Assembly: GCA_944386685.1 (NCBI GenBank)
Contig: CALXCA010000001.1
Span: forward strand, 10,931 to 74,930
Source of the DNA: an uncultured Clostridia bacterium
GTDB taxonomy: Bacteria; Bacillota; Clostridia; TANB77; CAG-508
Length of the DNA: 64,000 nucleotides
Direction: 5' to 3'
A program made the position numbers and the translations under genes. This document shows positions 45,064 to 55,800 of the stretch, one piece after another. A model generated the notes under the pieces. It did not search any database and was not told the DNA's origin. It saw only the letters and a list, made by a program, of their open reading frames with translations. Numbering within the stretch: position 1 is the stretch's first letter; every line of letters begins with the position of its first letter.

Positions 45064-48000
45064 TTATTTAGTATTTTTTATTAAAACTTTTCTTTTAATA
45101 AATAGTACTCCAACTACTAGAACTATCAAGCCTAATCCTGCTGTTGTTATATATAGAGTTTTTGATATTATTACACCAGTTGGTGGTGTTATTGTTGTCC
45201 TTACACTATCTTCATCTGTTTCTTTTGCATATTCTGGTATTAAGTTACCTGGTGTTGTAACATTTACTCTATCATAACCAACTTCTGTTTTATCTTTATT
45301 TTGTGTATATCCTATATATTCTAGTATTTCTACATCATTTGTATATTTCATCTCATCACTTGTTGTTAATAATTTACTTACATTATAAGAAATTGATTTT
45401 GTCTCTCCAATTTTTACTAAAGAATCATTTTCATCAGAGAATGCATCTGTCATAAACATTATATATTTACCATCTTCTAGTTCTTTTTCTACTTCTTCAG
45501 TAATTAATCTATATGTTTTTTCTCCAGTAGCCTCTGTTGTTTTGTGTGCTATTAAGTCTTCCATTTCTGCAACTTCCCAGCCACTTCTCTTTAATTCATC
45601 TAAGTCTACATCTATTTCTGGTGTTAAGTAATCTACTAAAGTTCCAATTCTTACTGTTACTGGATTATTACCCTTTTCTCCATAGAAGTAGTAGTTTCTT
45701 TCATTTGCTACATCTGTATCACTTGTTATTTGATATATTGGATAATCTAATTCAGAATTATTACTTACTGAAATAGTATATTCTTCTTCTATTGTTGCAC
45801 CTTCTGTTAATTCTGTATCCATTTCAATTGGAACAAAATCATCTATTCCTGTTCTTACATATGGAATATCTTCATTTGGATCACTTGGGTTTCCTTTAAT
45901 AGGTACTTGACCATTTCCTAATGTTACTGTTAAATTTGTAATTTGTTTATCAACTTCTAATTCAACTAAAGGTCTTTCTATTAATCCAAAGTCCATATTT
46001 TGTAAATTATATTCATAATCTATTGTTCCATTTTCTTGTGTTGTTAATGTTGCATCAACATTTTGGTCATTAAATTGTTCTACACCTAGTCTCATATATG
46101 GAGTATATGCTTCCATTTCTGAGTATGCGTATTTTGAACTATCATTTATGTTTTCATTATTTAGTTTTGCATATTGTTCAAAATATGCTCTATATTCAAT
46201 ATCATCTACTGCATCTGAATATCTTGTTCCTGTATTGTTATTTAAGAACCATGATACATCAGTATTTCCTTCTGCCCAATCTCCGTTTAAATGTGGTATA
46301 CCATCATTTGCTGTATTTATTGCTTTTCTTATATAATCTGATGTTATTATTGTAGATTTATATTCTCTTGCCTTTATTGGCTCTTGTTTTACTTGTTCTC
46401 CATTATTGTAGATATAAGTATTCTTTCCTTCTCCACCAATATTTTCACCATAAGTATATCTTATTACATAATTGTCTGCAACTACACCTTCAAATGAATA
46501 GTTACCATTTTCATCTGTCCAAGTTACTGCATCTCCAATTTCTGTTTGTGTTCCATCATTATTTGTTTTATAAAGTTTTGCTAATTGATAATTATGTTTA
46601 GATGTTACATTATCTCTAGCCATTGTAGAATCATACATTTCGTTTGCATCTACTGGCACTAATAATAGTTCTACTTTAACATTTGACATTACACTTTCAT
46701 TTTCATCATATGTTCCATTTCCTAATCTTTCATTATCTTTTAACAAATCTTTATCAGCACTATCTTCATAAACTGTTCCTGTTATACTTGTTTGACTACC
46801 TTTTGTTAAGATAAATGTTGGTGCTATTGTTGTATCATTTTCAAATGTATCTATTTTAAATCTATTATTATCATTTGGATCTGTTTCTACTCTAGCATTT
46901 CTTGGAGCAGAATTACTATCTATACTTGCATATGGTCTTAATCCGCCAGATGTTTGTAAAGGAACTACTTCATTATCTGCATATGTTGAATATGTTTTTA
47001 TTTCTGCCATAAAGTCAAATTTAATTCCTTTTAATTCTCCATCTGGAGTATTTAATGCTGTTGCATCATTTAAAATTTCTGCTATAACTTTTGCATCTGC
47101 CCTTAGGGTTATTTCTATTACCTGTCTATTTTTTGCTTCTATTGTCTTATCACCTAATTGTGTTAAATCTAAAGTAAGTTCTTTAATTTCTCCAGTTCCA
47201 CCTGGATCTGTAACTGCTACGGCAGGTTCTCCCTCATAATTATATGATATACAAGATAATTGACTTCCATAATTAATTGTTATTTCCCTAATTTTTGCTG
47301 ATAATGTATTAGATTTATTTTGTAAATAAATTTTATAAGTAATATCTGCATATACATTTCCATTTGCACCTGTTGTTCCATCATCTGCACTATATACAAT
47401 TGTTGATTCATGTAATGGTCTTTCATAATAACTGTCTTTTAATGCTTTTAATTTAACTCCCATTTCTTCCTCTTTATTTGGATCAACTATTGTACCATAT
47501 TTATATATATGATGATAATTATTTACTGCTAAATCAAATCTTGCTACATCACTATCTAGTGCTAAGTCTACTTGCTCTCTTACATATAATCCTAAATTTA
47601 ATCCTTCTATTGTTGTTGTATTAGAAATGTTTGAGCCACTACCAGACATTGTTGCTGATAATAAATCTGCAATATTGCAATTGTTTAATGATGTTGCAAT
47701 TATATGGTAAACATCATCACCATAAGCTTCTGGGCTACCATAATTTACTTTTGATTCATAATCTCCAGATTTATTATAATTAATAGTTGCTGAAGCATTT
47801 ACTACTGTTCCTGTAGAATTTCCACTAGCATCCATTTGAGTATTAGAAGTTATTGTTTCAAACTTATTATTAAAGCTTTCTCTTACACTATCTTCTTCAG
47901 CTGCTTTTGATGAATCTAAAGCTCCACCTTTATTTAATTCTACATTTCTATATTTTACACCATTATATTCAAATTCAACATAATAGCTTGCTAAATCTTC

Positions 48001-51000
48001 TATTCTTAATGTATCTTCAGAATAAGATAAGTCTGCATTTCTTGATCCAAATGAGTATTCTCCATTTGCATCTGTAAATGTGCTAAAACTTGTTCCTCTT
48101 ACAGTATCATATAATGTTACTTTAACACCTTCAACTCTCTTATCTGTTCCACCTGTATAAACACTATCTATTGTATTGTCTTTTCCATCTAGCATATCTT
48201 CCCATACATAACCTTTTAGGTTAATAAATTCTTTCTTATTAGCAACTTTTACAATACAAATTATATCTCCAGAATTTATTGTTACTTCCGCAACCTTTTT
48301 ATTTCCTGCACCTGTATTATAATTATCTTCCCAAACACCATAACCATAAGGTGATTCTATTTCATAAATTGTATAAGTTCCTGCATGTAATCCTGTTATT
48401 GTTTCTCCAACTCCAACTTCCCATGTTTGACCATCACCTTCAACTCTAAATTTAAATCCAGAACCTCCTGGGTTTGAAGGATCATATAATATCTCTCCAG
48501 TATCTTCATCATATTTAAAAATTGTTAAACTTTTTGGTAGTTCTGGTGGTGTGAATGTAATTGTAGTAGAAAATGTTTCTTCTAAATCTAATGTACTACA
48601 AGCACTTTCTGGAACATTTATTGGTTGGCTAGTACTTTGACCTTGACCACATCCTGGACAAACATATTCTGGTGATACAACAAATTGATCTGTCCATGAG
48701 AAACATATTGTAATTGAAATATGTATTGTTCTAGAAATTGTAACACTTAATGATGTTGCACCTGCACTACCTTCTAATTGTACTGCTGTAACACTACAAT
48801 CAAGACCAGCTCCACCTGAAATTATACTCTCAATTGCTTCTCCATCAAATGATGTCATATTAGAAGCATCAACATGACCAGCAATTGCATTCCAAACAGC
48901 TTCTGATTCTGCATCTGTAAATGAGCCTGGAATATCTCCATCAATAGAGAAATCTAATCCTTCATTAGTCCAGCTCAAATTTGCTCCCTCTGGGAAGTCA
49001 TCTCCAGAAACTGTAACTGTTGTACTTGTTATAGATATACCTGTTGGTCCATTATATACAACTGGTACAGATATTTCACTCCATTCATAATATCTACCAT
49101 CACATTCTTGAGGTCCTGTTGGGTCATTTTCATCTACTGGATGACAGTTTTCATCAGTATGGAAGTGAGCTCCTGGTTTACCACATTTACCTTCACCAAC
49201 TAAATTTCCTGAATGGTCATATATCTTAAATACACCTGTTCCTGAACCTTGGAAATTAGATAAGATTGCACTAAATGTAGCTCCATGTAAATTTGCTGTT
49301 GCATCCATTACAGCATCTTGTACCATTGCTTCTGCTTGTGCTTGTGCATCTGCAATTGTTCCATCTATTGAATATGCAAAGCCTTTTGTATTAAATGCAA
49401 ACATTGATGTTGCAAAAATTACCATAAATAATACAAATAATCTCTTTTTAACAATAATTTTTCTCATAAATAATACTAATAATACTATACAAATTCCACC
49501 TAAAATTGTACTTCCCATAATTCTTAATGCAATTTGGAATCCTGTTGCAACTGCAATTAATACTTCTACTGAATCTGAATTATTTTCTGAATTCATATCT
49601 TCAGTATATTTTGAACTCTCTGTTGTTCCAAGTTTTGCTGTTGTAACAAATTTACCAGCAGAATCTGCATCTAATGTTTTACTTAATATAAATGTTGCTT
49701 CTATACTTTCTCCTGGTGCTATATTTTTATTTGCAAAACTTACATTACTGTATGTATTAGATAAAGAAACTGTCCAACCATCATTTAATTCTGAGTGGAA
49801 ATCTAATGTTGATGGAATTTCTTCTAATATCTCATATACCTTTCCATCTAAATCTCCAACATTTGTAACTCTTATTTTATATTCAATAATAACTGTTGAA
49901 CCAACTATTTGTTTTGAATGAATTTCAATTTTTGCAAATTTTTCATCATCAAAATTATATTCTTTTGTTCCTTTACTATTATTTACAGTTATTTTTTCTA
50001 CAAATTGTTCTATTTTTAAGTCAAATGTTTTTCTTTCACTTAATCCCATATCTATATTAGTATAATTTGTAATTAAATCTATTGTATTTGTAATACCAAC
50101 ATTTTTTACTTCTCCATCAATATTAACACTTTTTTCTATTGCGTCATTATTTTCTGATGGATTTGAATCTATAATTTGATAATCTGTGATTTTATATTTT
50201 TCTGTATCATATTCAAATACAACATAATATTCTCCTTTAGGAAGATTTGTAAAAGCATATGTTCCTTCTGATTGTGTAACTTGTTTTAATCTATTACCTT
50301 TATCATCTGTAACAAATTTATTATTTGTTACATCATATAAAGATACTGTTACACCTTCTATTTTACTTTCATTACTATCTTTAATTCCATTTTCATTATC
50401 ATCATTCCAAACTAAACCAGATATAGAATATGTTTTATTTGGTTGATCATTATTATCATCTTCTGGAGGTGTTACTATTGGTTTATCTTCTCCATCTGTT
50501 ACATTTCCATCTGAATCTACATCAATTATATTTGTAGTATCTGGATGATATAATGTATTTTGAATTATATTAGATTGTTTTGTCTTAATACCTTCTCCAC
50601 TTACTAATGCTGAATTTGCAATTTCAATATTATCTTGTTTAGCGTCAAATGCTCTAGTTTCTGTTACAATTTTTATTGTAATTGTTTCACCATTTTTTAT
50701 ATTTAAGTTAAGTTTTATTCTTGCAGGTCCAGTATTATCTTTACCATTTGCTTGACCTTTTTCTACTGTTCCCCAAACAACATTTTCTTCTGTTAAATTA
50801 TATTTAATTATAAAATAATTATCTAAATCTGTTCCTTGTGTAACTTTAAAATTATTATATTCTAATTCTTGTATAGAAAGTTCATTTGGAAGATAATCTT
50901 CAAATACTACTGATGTATATCCTCCCCATTCATCTATAGTATAACCTGTATTTGTAATTTCGTAAGTATATATTATTTCATTAAATTCTTCTATTCTTTC

Positions 51001-52518
51001 ACCACTTGTTTCAGAACTTTGTGTAATACTTACTGATTCTATTCCACCTGTTGCTATACATTCATTAGCTCTATAAATATTTCCATCTGAATTCTCAAAA
51101 TTTGAACTAACTTTAATCTCATACATTTTTTCTGTTGTTTCCTCAGCAATATTTACTTTTAAATTTAATGTAAAAGCTCTAAAAAATTGAGGTTCAATAT
51201 TGTCTACAACAATAGAAATTTTTCCATCTTTAACTTCATAATTTGCTACTGCACCTTCTCCTGCATATATAGCATCTACACTTGTAACTTCAACATTATT
51301 TGGAATAGTAAAATTAATTGTTCCACTTTTTGCTTCATCAGATAAATTTTTAATTATAATATTATATTCAAAATTGTTTTTTTCCATTCTGCTTTGATAT
51401 TGTCTCATTCTAACTTCAATATCACTTGGTTTAAGTGTATTTCTCATATTAAATGTGTAAATATAATTATCATTAACTAAAAATTCTATATTAGTTTCTG
51501 CATCAATTTCTGTATCTGTATTTGCTTTTAACTCATAAGATATTGTTTTAGTTTCTCCTGGTTGAAGTGTTTCTACGGTACGTTCAATATCTTTTATACT
51601 TTCATCAACAGTATATTGATATGTATCATCTTGCCAATATACTCCATTTTTATCTGGTTTTAAAGTTTCAACAGCTGTATATGTTTCATCCCAAAATTCA
51701 AAATTTTCTTCTAAATAATCTACATATACCATTCCATCTGGTATGTTTGCCATTAATTTCAAGTTATTAATTACATCTTGAGATATATTTGTAATATTTA
51801 TTTCATATTTTACTATTTCATTAGAATAAATAGTTTCACCATTTTCTAATGTTTTGTCTCCATGAATTGGGTTAATATTTAATTTAATACCATTTCTTTC
51901 TACAACCATTTGATTCTCATCATCTGTTGGTGTAGATGGAACAAGTTCAGTTGGATTTACAACTTTAATTGGAACATCTACCGTAAGTTTTAATGGTGTT
52001 GGAGTTGCAGCTCCATCTGTACATGTCATTTTAATTGATGTATCTTTTGTTTCTATATCTTGTTTTAAAATAACATTTGCAGAAATTACAATATTGGTTC
52101 CTTTTGTTAATTCATCTACTTTTGTTTTAGTTTGTTTTCCTGCTAATTGAACTTTTATTACTTGATTTCCACTTTCATTAGTTTCTACAATACAAGTATG
52201 AATACTTAATTCTGTATCATAAAGTAATTTTTGGTCATTTATTACTACCTTTTCTACTTCTTCTGGAAATTCAAATGTAATTAAAGGATTTTCGTATAAT
52301 ATAGAATCCTCCGAAGTTCTTTCTAATATACCTGTTATTACCAATTCTCCTTGAGTTTTATTAGTAAATTGTGTACGGCTTAAGCTCATACTAATTTTGC
52401 CTTGTGTTCCAGAACTAGTATCACTAGTTGCTTCTGTAGCTAAAGACACTAAACTTAGTAAAGAACTGTTTAATAACAATACTATTAATATTAAAATACT
52501 ACATATCTTTTTAGTCAT
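45064..52518 (-). CDS. Giant multi-domain surface protein 1 (about 2484 aa): DUF11-like and SdrD-B/Cna-B-like modules, mid-protein TM pair, C-terminal TPPTG anchor
   Basis: AGGAGG lies 9 nt upstream of ATG 52518; the track ATG at 52524 is only 3 nt from it. N-terminal signal peptide. DUF11/TIGR01451-like units (GETIYSNEIVKYEINITNISQDVINNLKLMANIPDGMVYV). SdrD-B-like units (YSISGLVWNDDNENGIKDSNESKIEGVTVSLYD; LKGYVWEDMLDGKDN..VEGVKVTLYD; ITGTVYEDSADKD). SpaA/prealbumin-like unit (SLTIFKYDEDTGEIL...YTIYEIESPYGYG). C-terminus TPPTG-TM-KRK. Confidence 0.85.
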   Translation of the reverse strand: MTKKICSILILIVLLLNSSLLSLVSLATEATSDTSSGTQGKISMSLSRTQFTNKTQGELVITGILERTSEDSILYENPLITFEFPEEVEKVVINDQKLLYDTELSIHTCIVETNESGNQVIKVQLAGKQTKTKVDELTKGTNIVISANVILKQDIETKDTSIKMTCTDGAATPTPLKLTVDVPIKVVNPTELVPSTPTDDENQMVVERNGIKLNINPIHGDKTLENGETIYSNEIVKYEINITNISQDVINNLKLMANIPDGMVYVDYLEENFEFWDETYTAVETLKPDKNGVYWQDDTYQYTVDESIKDIERTVETLQPGETKTISYELKANTDTEIDAETNIEFLVNDNYIYTFNMRNTLKPSDIEVRMRQYQSRMEKNNFEYNIIIKNLSDEAKSGTINFTIPNNVEVTSVDAIYAGEGAVANYEVKDGKISIVVDNIEPQFFRAFTLNLKVNIAEETTEKMYEIKVSSNFENSDGNIYRANECIATGGIESVSITQSSETSGERIEEFNEIIYTYEITNTGYTIDEWGGYTSVVFEDYLPNELSIQELEYNNFKVTQGTDLDNYFIIKYNLTEENVVWGTVEKGQANGKDNTGPARIKLNLNIKNGETITIKIVTETRAFDAKQDNIEIANSALVSGEGIKTKQSNIIQNTLYHPDTTNIIDVDSDGNVTDGEDKPIVTPPEDDNNDQPNKTYSISGLVWNDDNENGIKDSNESKIEGVTVSLYDVTNNKFVTDDKGNRLKQVTQSEGTYAFTNLPKGEYYVVFEYDTEKYKITDYQIIDSNPSENNDAIEKSVNIDGEVKNVGITNTIDLITNYTNIDMGLSERKTFDLKIEQFVEKITVNNSKGTKEYNFDDEKFAKIEIHSKQIVGSTVIIEYKIRVTNVGDLDGKVYEILEEIPSTLDFHSELNDGWTVSLSNTYSNVSFANKNIAPGESIEATFILSKTLDADSAGKFVTTAKLGTTESSKYTEDMNSENNSDSVEVLIAVATGFQIALRIMGSTILGGICIVLLVLFMRKIIVKKRLFVLFMVIFATSMFAFNTKGFAYSIDGTIADAQAQAEAMVQDAVMDATANLHGATFSAILSNFQGSGTGVFKIYDHSGNLVGEGKCGKPGAHFHTDENCHPVDENDPTGPQECDGRYYEWSEISVPVVYNGPTGISITSTTVTVSGDDFPEGANLSWTNEGLDFSIDGDIPGSFTDAESEAVWNAIAGHVDASNMTSFDGEAIESIISGGAGLDCSVTAVQLEGSAGATSLSVTISRTIHISITICFSWTDQFVVSPEYVCPGCGQGQSTSQPINVPESACSTLDLEETFSTTITFTPPELPKSLTIFKYDEDTGEILYDPSNPGGSGFKFRVEGDGQTWEVGVGETITGLHAGTYTIYEIESPYGYGVWEDNYNTGAGNKKVAEVTINSGDIICIVKVANKKEFINLKGYVWEDMLDGKDNTIDSVYTGGTDKRVEGVKVTLYDTVRGTSFSTFTDANGEYSFGSRNADLSYSEDTLRIEDLASYYVEFEYNGVKYRNVELNKGGALDSSKAAEEDSVRESFNNKFETITSNTQMDASGNSTGTVVNASATINYNKSGDYESKVNYGSPEAYGDDVYHIIATSLNNCNIADLLSATMSGSGSNISNTTTIEGLNLGLYVREQVDLALDSDVARFDLAVNNYHHIYKYGTIVDPNKEEEMGVKLKALKDSYYERPLHESTIVYSADDGTTGANGNVYADITYKIYLQNKSNTLSAKIREITINYGSQLSCISYNYEGEPAVAVTDPGGTGEIKELTLDLTQLGDKTIEAKNRQVIEITLRADAKVIAEILNDATALNTPDGELKGIKFDFMAEIKTYSTYADNEVVPLQTSGGLRPYASIDSNSAPRNARVETDPNDNNRFKIDTFENDTTIAPTFILTKGSQTSITGTVYEDSADKDLLKDNERLGNGTYDENESVMSNVKVELLLVPVDANEMYDSTMARDNVTSKHNYQLAKLYKTNNDGTQTEIGDAVTWTDENGNYSFEGVVADNYVIRYTYGENIGGEGKNTYIYNNGEQVKQEPIKAREYKSTIITSDYIRKAINTANDGIPHLNGDWAEGNTDVSWFLNNNTGTRYSDAVDDIEYRAYFEQYAKLNNENINDSSKYAYSEMEAYTPYMRLGVEQFNDQNVDATLTTQENGTIDYEYNLQNMDFGLIERPLVELEVDKQITNLTVTLGNGQVPIKGNPSDPNEDIPYVRTGIDDFVPIEMDTELTEGATIEEEYTISVSNNSELDYPIYQITSDTDVANERNYYFYGEKGNNPVTVRIGTLVDYLTPEIDVDLDELKRSGWEVAEMEDLIAHKTTEATGEKTYRLITEEVEKELEDGKYIMFMTDAFSDENDSLVKIGETKSISYNVSKLLTTSDEMKYTNDVEILEYIGYTQNKDKTEVGYDRVNVTTPGNLIPEYAKETDEDSVRTTITPPTGVIISKTLYITTAGLGLIVLVVGVLFIKRKVLIKNTK

Positions 52519-52656
52519 AAACATTTACCTCCTAATTAATTTTATTAATAAACACTACTTTTATTATACCATATATTACCTTATTTTTCAACATTTTTAT
52601 CAAATTTCTTATCAATAGTTACTAGATTATGGTCTTGAATAAAATAGAAAATAAAG

Positions 52657-52684
52657 AAACGATGATATTATAATATCATCGTTT
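52657..52684. repeat. Perfect AT palindrome AAACGATGATAT-TATA-ATATCATCGTTT inside an approximately 78-bp dispersed repeat (52638-52715)
   Basis: Uninterrupted counterpart of the site split by the element at 4778-4940. Confidence 0.7.
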
Positions 52685-52733
52685 TTAGCAAAACAATTCA
52701 AATGACCATTATCTACTATCATACAAAAACATA

Positions 52734-52778
52734 AAAAGCTGGGATAGAAAACTTTTTAGATTTTCCATCTCAGCTTTT
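52734..52778 (-). terminator. Terminator after giant gene 2
   Basis: AAAAGCTGGGATAGAAAA / TTTTCCATCTCAGCTTTT imperfect 18-bp stem. A U-rich tract follows on the minus strand. Confidence 0.5.
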
Positions 52779-52832
52779 ATTTTATATAACTATCAATTTT
52801 ATGAATTTTTATAATATTTATATAATTTCAAG

Positions 52833-55800
52833 TTATTTAGCTAAAATTCTTTTCTTGATAATTAATACTCCAACTACTAGAATTGCAAGTCCTAAACCAG
52901 CTGTAATTATATATAAAGTTTTTGATATGATTACACCAGTTGGTGGTGTTATTGTTGTTCTTACACTATCTTCATCATCCTCTTTTGCTCTTTCTGGTAT
53001 TAAGTTACCTGGTGTTGTATCATTCTTTCTATCATATACATTTTCTGTTTTATCTTTATTTTGGCTATATCCTATATATTCTAGTATTTCTACATCATTT
53101 GTATATTTCATTTCATCACTTGCTGATAGTAATTTACTTACATTATATTTAATAGATTTTGTCTCTCCAATTTTTACAAGTAAGTCATTTTCATCTGCAA
53201 ATGAATCTAATGTAAATATTATATATTTTCCGTCTCTAAGTTTTTGTTCAACTTGTTTTGTTATTAATCTATAAGTTTTTTCTCCAGTAGCTTCTGTTGT
53301 TTTATGTGCTGTTAAGTCTTCTATTTCCGCTACTTCCCATCCATTTCTCTTCATCTCATCTAAGTCTACATCAATTTCTGGTGTTAAGTAGTCTGCTAAT
53401 GTTCCTACTCTTACTGTTACTGGATTATTTCCTTTTTCTCCATAATAGTAGTAATTTCTTTCGTTTGCTACATTAGTATCACTTGTAATTTGATAAATTG
53501 GATAATCTAGTTCAGAATTATTATTAATAGATATTGTATATTCTTGCTCAATTGTTGCACCCTCTATTAATTCTGTATCCATTTCAATTGGTACAAAGTC
53601 ATCTATACCTGTTCTTACATATGGTATATCTGCATTAGGATCACTTGGGTTTCCTTTAATTGGTACTTGACCATTACCTAATGTTACAGATACATCTGTT
53701 GTTTGTTTATCTACTTTTAGGTCTACAATTGGTCTTTCTATTAATCCAAAGTCTACATTTTGTAATTTATATTCATAATCTATTGTTCCATTTTCTTGTG
53801 TTGTTAATGTTGGTGTTACATTTTGGTCGTTAAACTCTTCAACACCTAGTCTTATAAATGGTGTATATGCTTCCATTTCTGAGTATGCGTATTTTGAACT
53901 ATCATGTAAGTTCTCATTATTCAATTTTGCAAATTCTTCAAAATATGCTCTATATTCTACATCATCTACAGCATCTGAATATCTTGTTTCTGTGTTGTTA
54001 TTTAAGAACCATGATACATCTGTATTTCCTTCTGCCCAATCTCCATTTAAATGTGGTATACCATCATCTGCTGTATTTATTGCTTTTCTTATATAATCTG
54101 ATGTTATTATTGTAGATTTATATTCTCTTGCTTTTATTGCCTCTTCTTTTACTTGTGTACCATTGTTATAAATATAAGTATTCTTTCCTTCTCCTCCAAT
54201 ATTTTCACCATATGTATATCTAATTACATAATTGTCTGCTATAACACCCTCAAATGTATAGTTACCATTTTCATCTGTATATGTTACCGCATCTTCAATT
54301 GCTGTTTGAGTTCCAGTATCATCTGTTTTATATAATTTAGCTAATTGATAATTATGTTTAGATGTTACTTCATCTCTTGCCATTGTAGAATCATACATTT
54401 CATTTGCATCTACTGGTACTAATAATAACTCTACTTTTACATTTCCCATTACACTTTCACCTGTGTCATAAATACCATTACCTAATCTTTCGTTTTGAGA
54501 AAGTTTATCTTGTTCTGGTTTGTCTTCAAATACTGTTCCTGATATTACTGTTTGACTACCTTTTGTTAAGATAAATGTTGGTGCTATTGTTGTATCATTT
54601 TCAAATGTATCTGTTATGAATCTATTTTGATCATCTGTTTCTACTTTTGCATTTCTTGGTGCAGAATTACTATCTATACTTGCATATATATTACCATCTG
54701 AATATGTGCTATATGATTTTATTTCTGCCATGAAGTCAAATTTAATTCCTTTTAATTCTGTATCTCCTTGTTTAAGTGTTACTTCATCATTTAATATTTC
54801 TGCTATAACATCTGCATTTGCTCTAAATGTTACTTCTAATACTTGTCTATTTTTTGCTTCTATTGTTTTATTTCCTATTGCATTTAAGTCTAAATCTATT
54901 TCTTTAATTTCTCCTGTTTGAGCTGGTTCTGTTACTGCAACTGCAGTTTCGCCCTCAAAGTTATATGAAATACATGTTAATTGACTACCATAATTTAATG
55001 TTAATTCATTAAGAACTGCACTTAATGTATTAGATTTATTTTGTAAATATATCTTATAAGTTATATCTGCATATAAGTTTCCATTAGCTCCTGTTGTTCC
55101 ATCATCTGCACTATATACAACTGATGCCTCATGTAATGGTCTTTGATAATAATTTTCTTGTAATGCTTTTAATTTTACTCCCATTTCTTCTACTTTATTT
55201 GGATCAACTATTGTGCCATATTTATATATATGATGATAATTATTTATTACTAAGTCAAATCTTGCAACATCACTGTCTAGTGCTAAATCTACTTGTTCTC
55301 TTGAATATAATCCTAAGTTTACATTCTTAATTTCTTTTGATTGATATACTTCATTTTCAAGAACTAATTCTACTGTATCTTCAAATTTATATCTAAAGTC
55401 TTCAACATCTGTTGATGCTCTTATATGGTATTTTTCAAATCCATATGATGAGTAATCTGTTGTACTTCCTGCATATGTTGTTCCATCATATATTGTAGAA
55501 TCTCCATATATTACACTTGAAGCATAATCTCCAGATCTTTGATATGTAATATCTGTTGCAGTTACTTCTCCGGCACCGTTTTTTGCAAATCCTCCTGAAG
55601 TATGTCCATTACCATCTATTGCAGTTTTGTCTGTTGTAATTACTGTAAATTTATTGTTAAAGTCTGTTCTTACTGTATCTCCCTCAATTGCTTTTGATCC
55701 TGTCTCAATATCTAATTGTGGTTCTACATTTGAATATTTAATACCATTATATTCAAATTCTACATGATATTTTCCTGCGAATAAATCTTCTATTAAAATA

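Noticed and set aside
48600-49300. Thioester (TED) or isopeptide domain in the Cys-containing region after the internal junction of giant protein 1
   Set aside because: The candidate strings (KCGKPGAHF, ESEAVWNAI) do not match the Cys...TQxA(I/V)W pattern closely enough to support a call from sequence alone.
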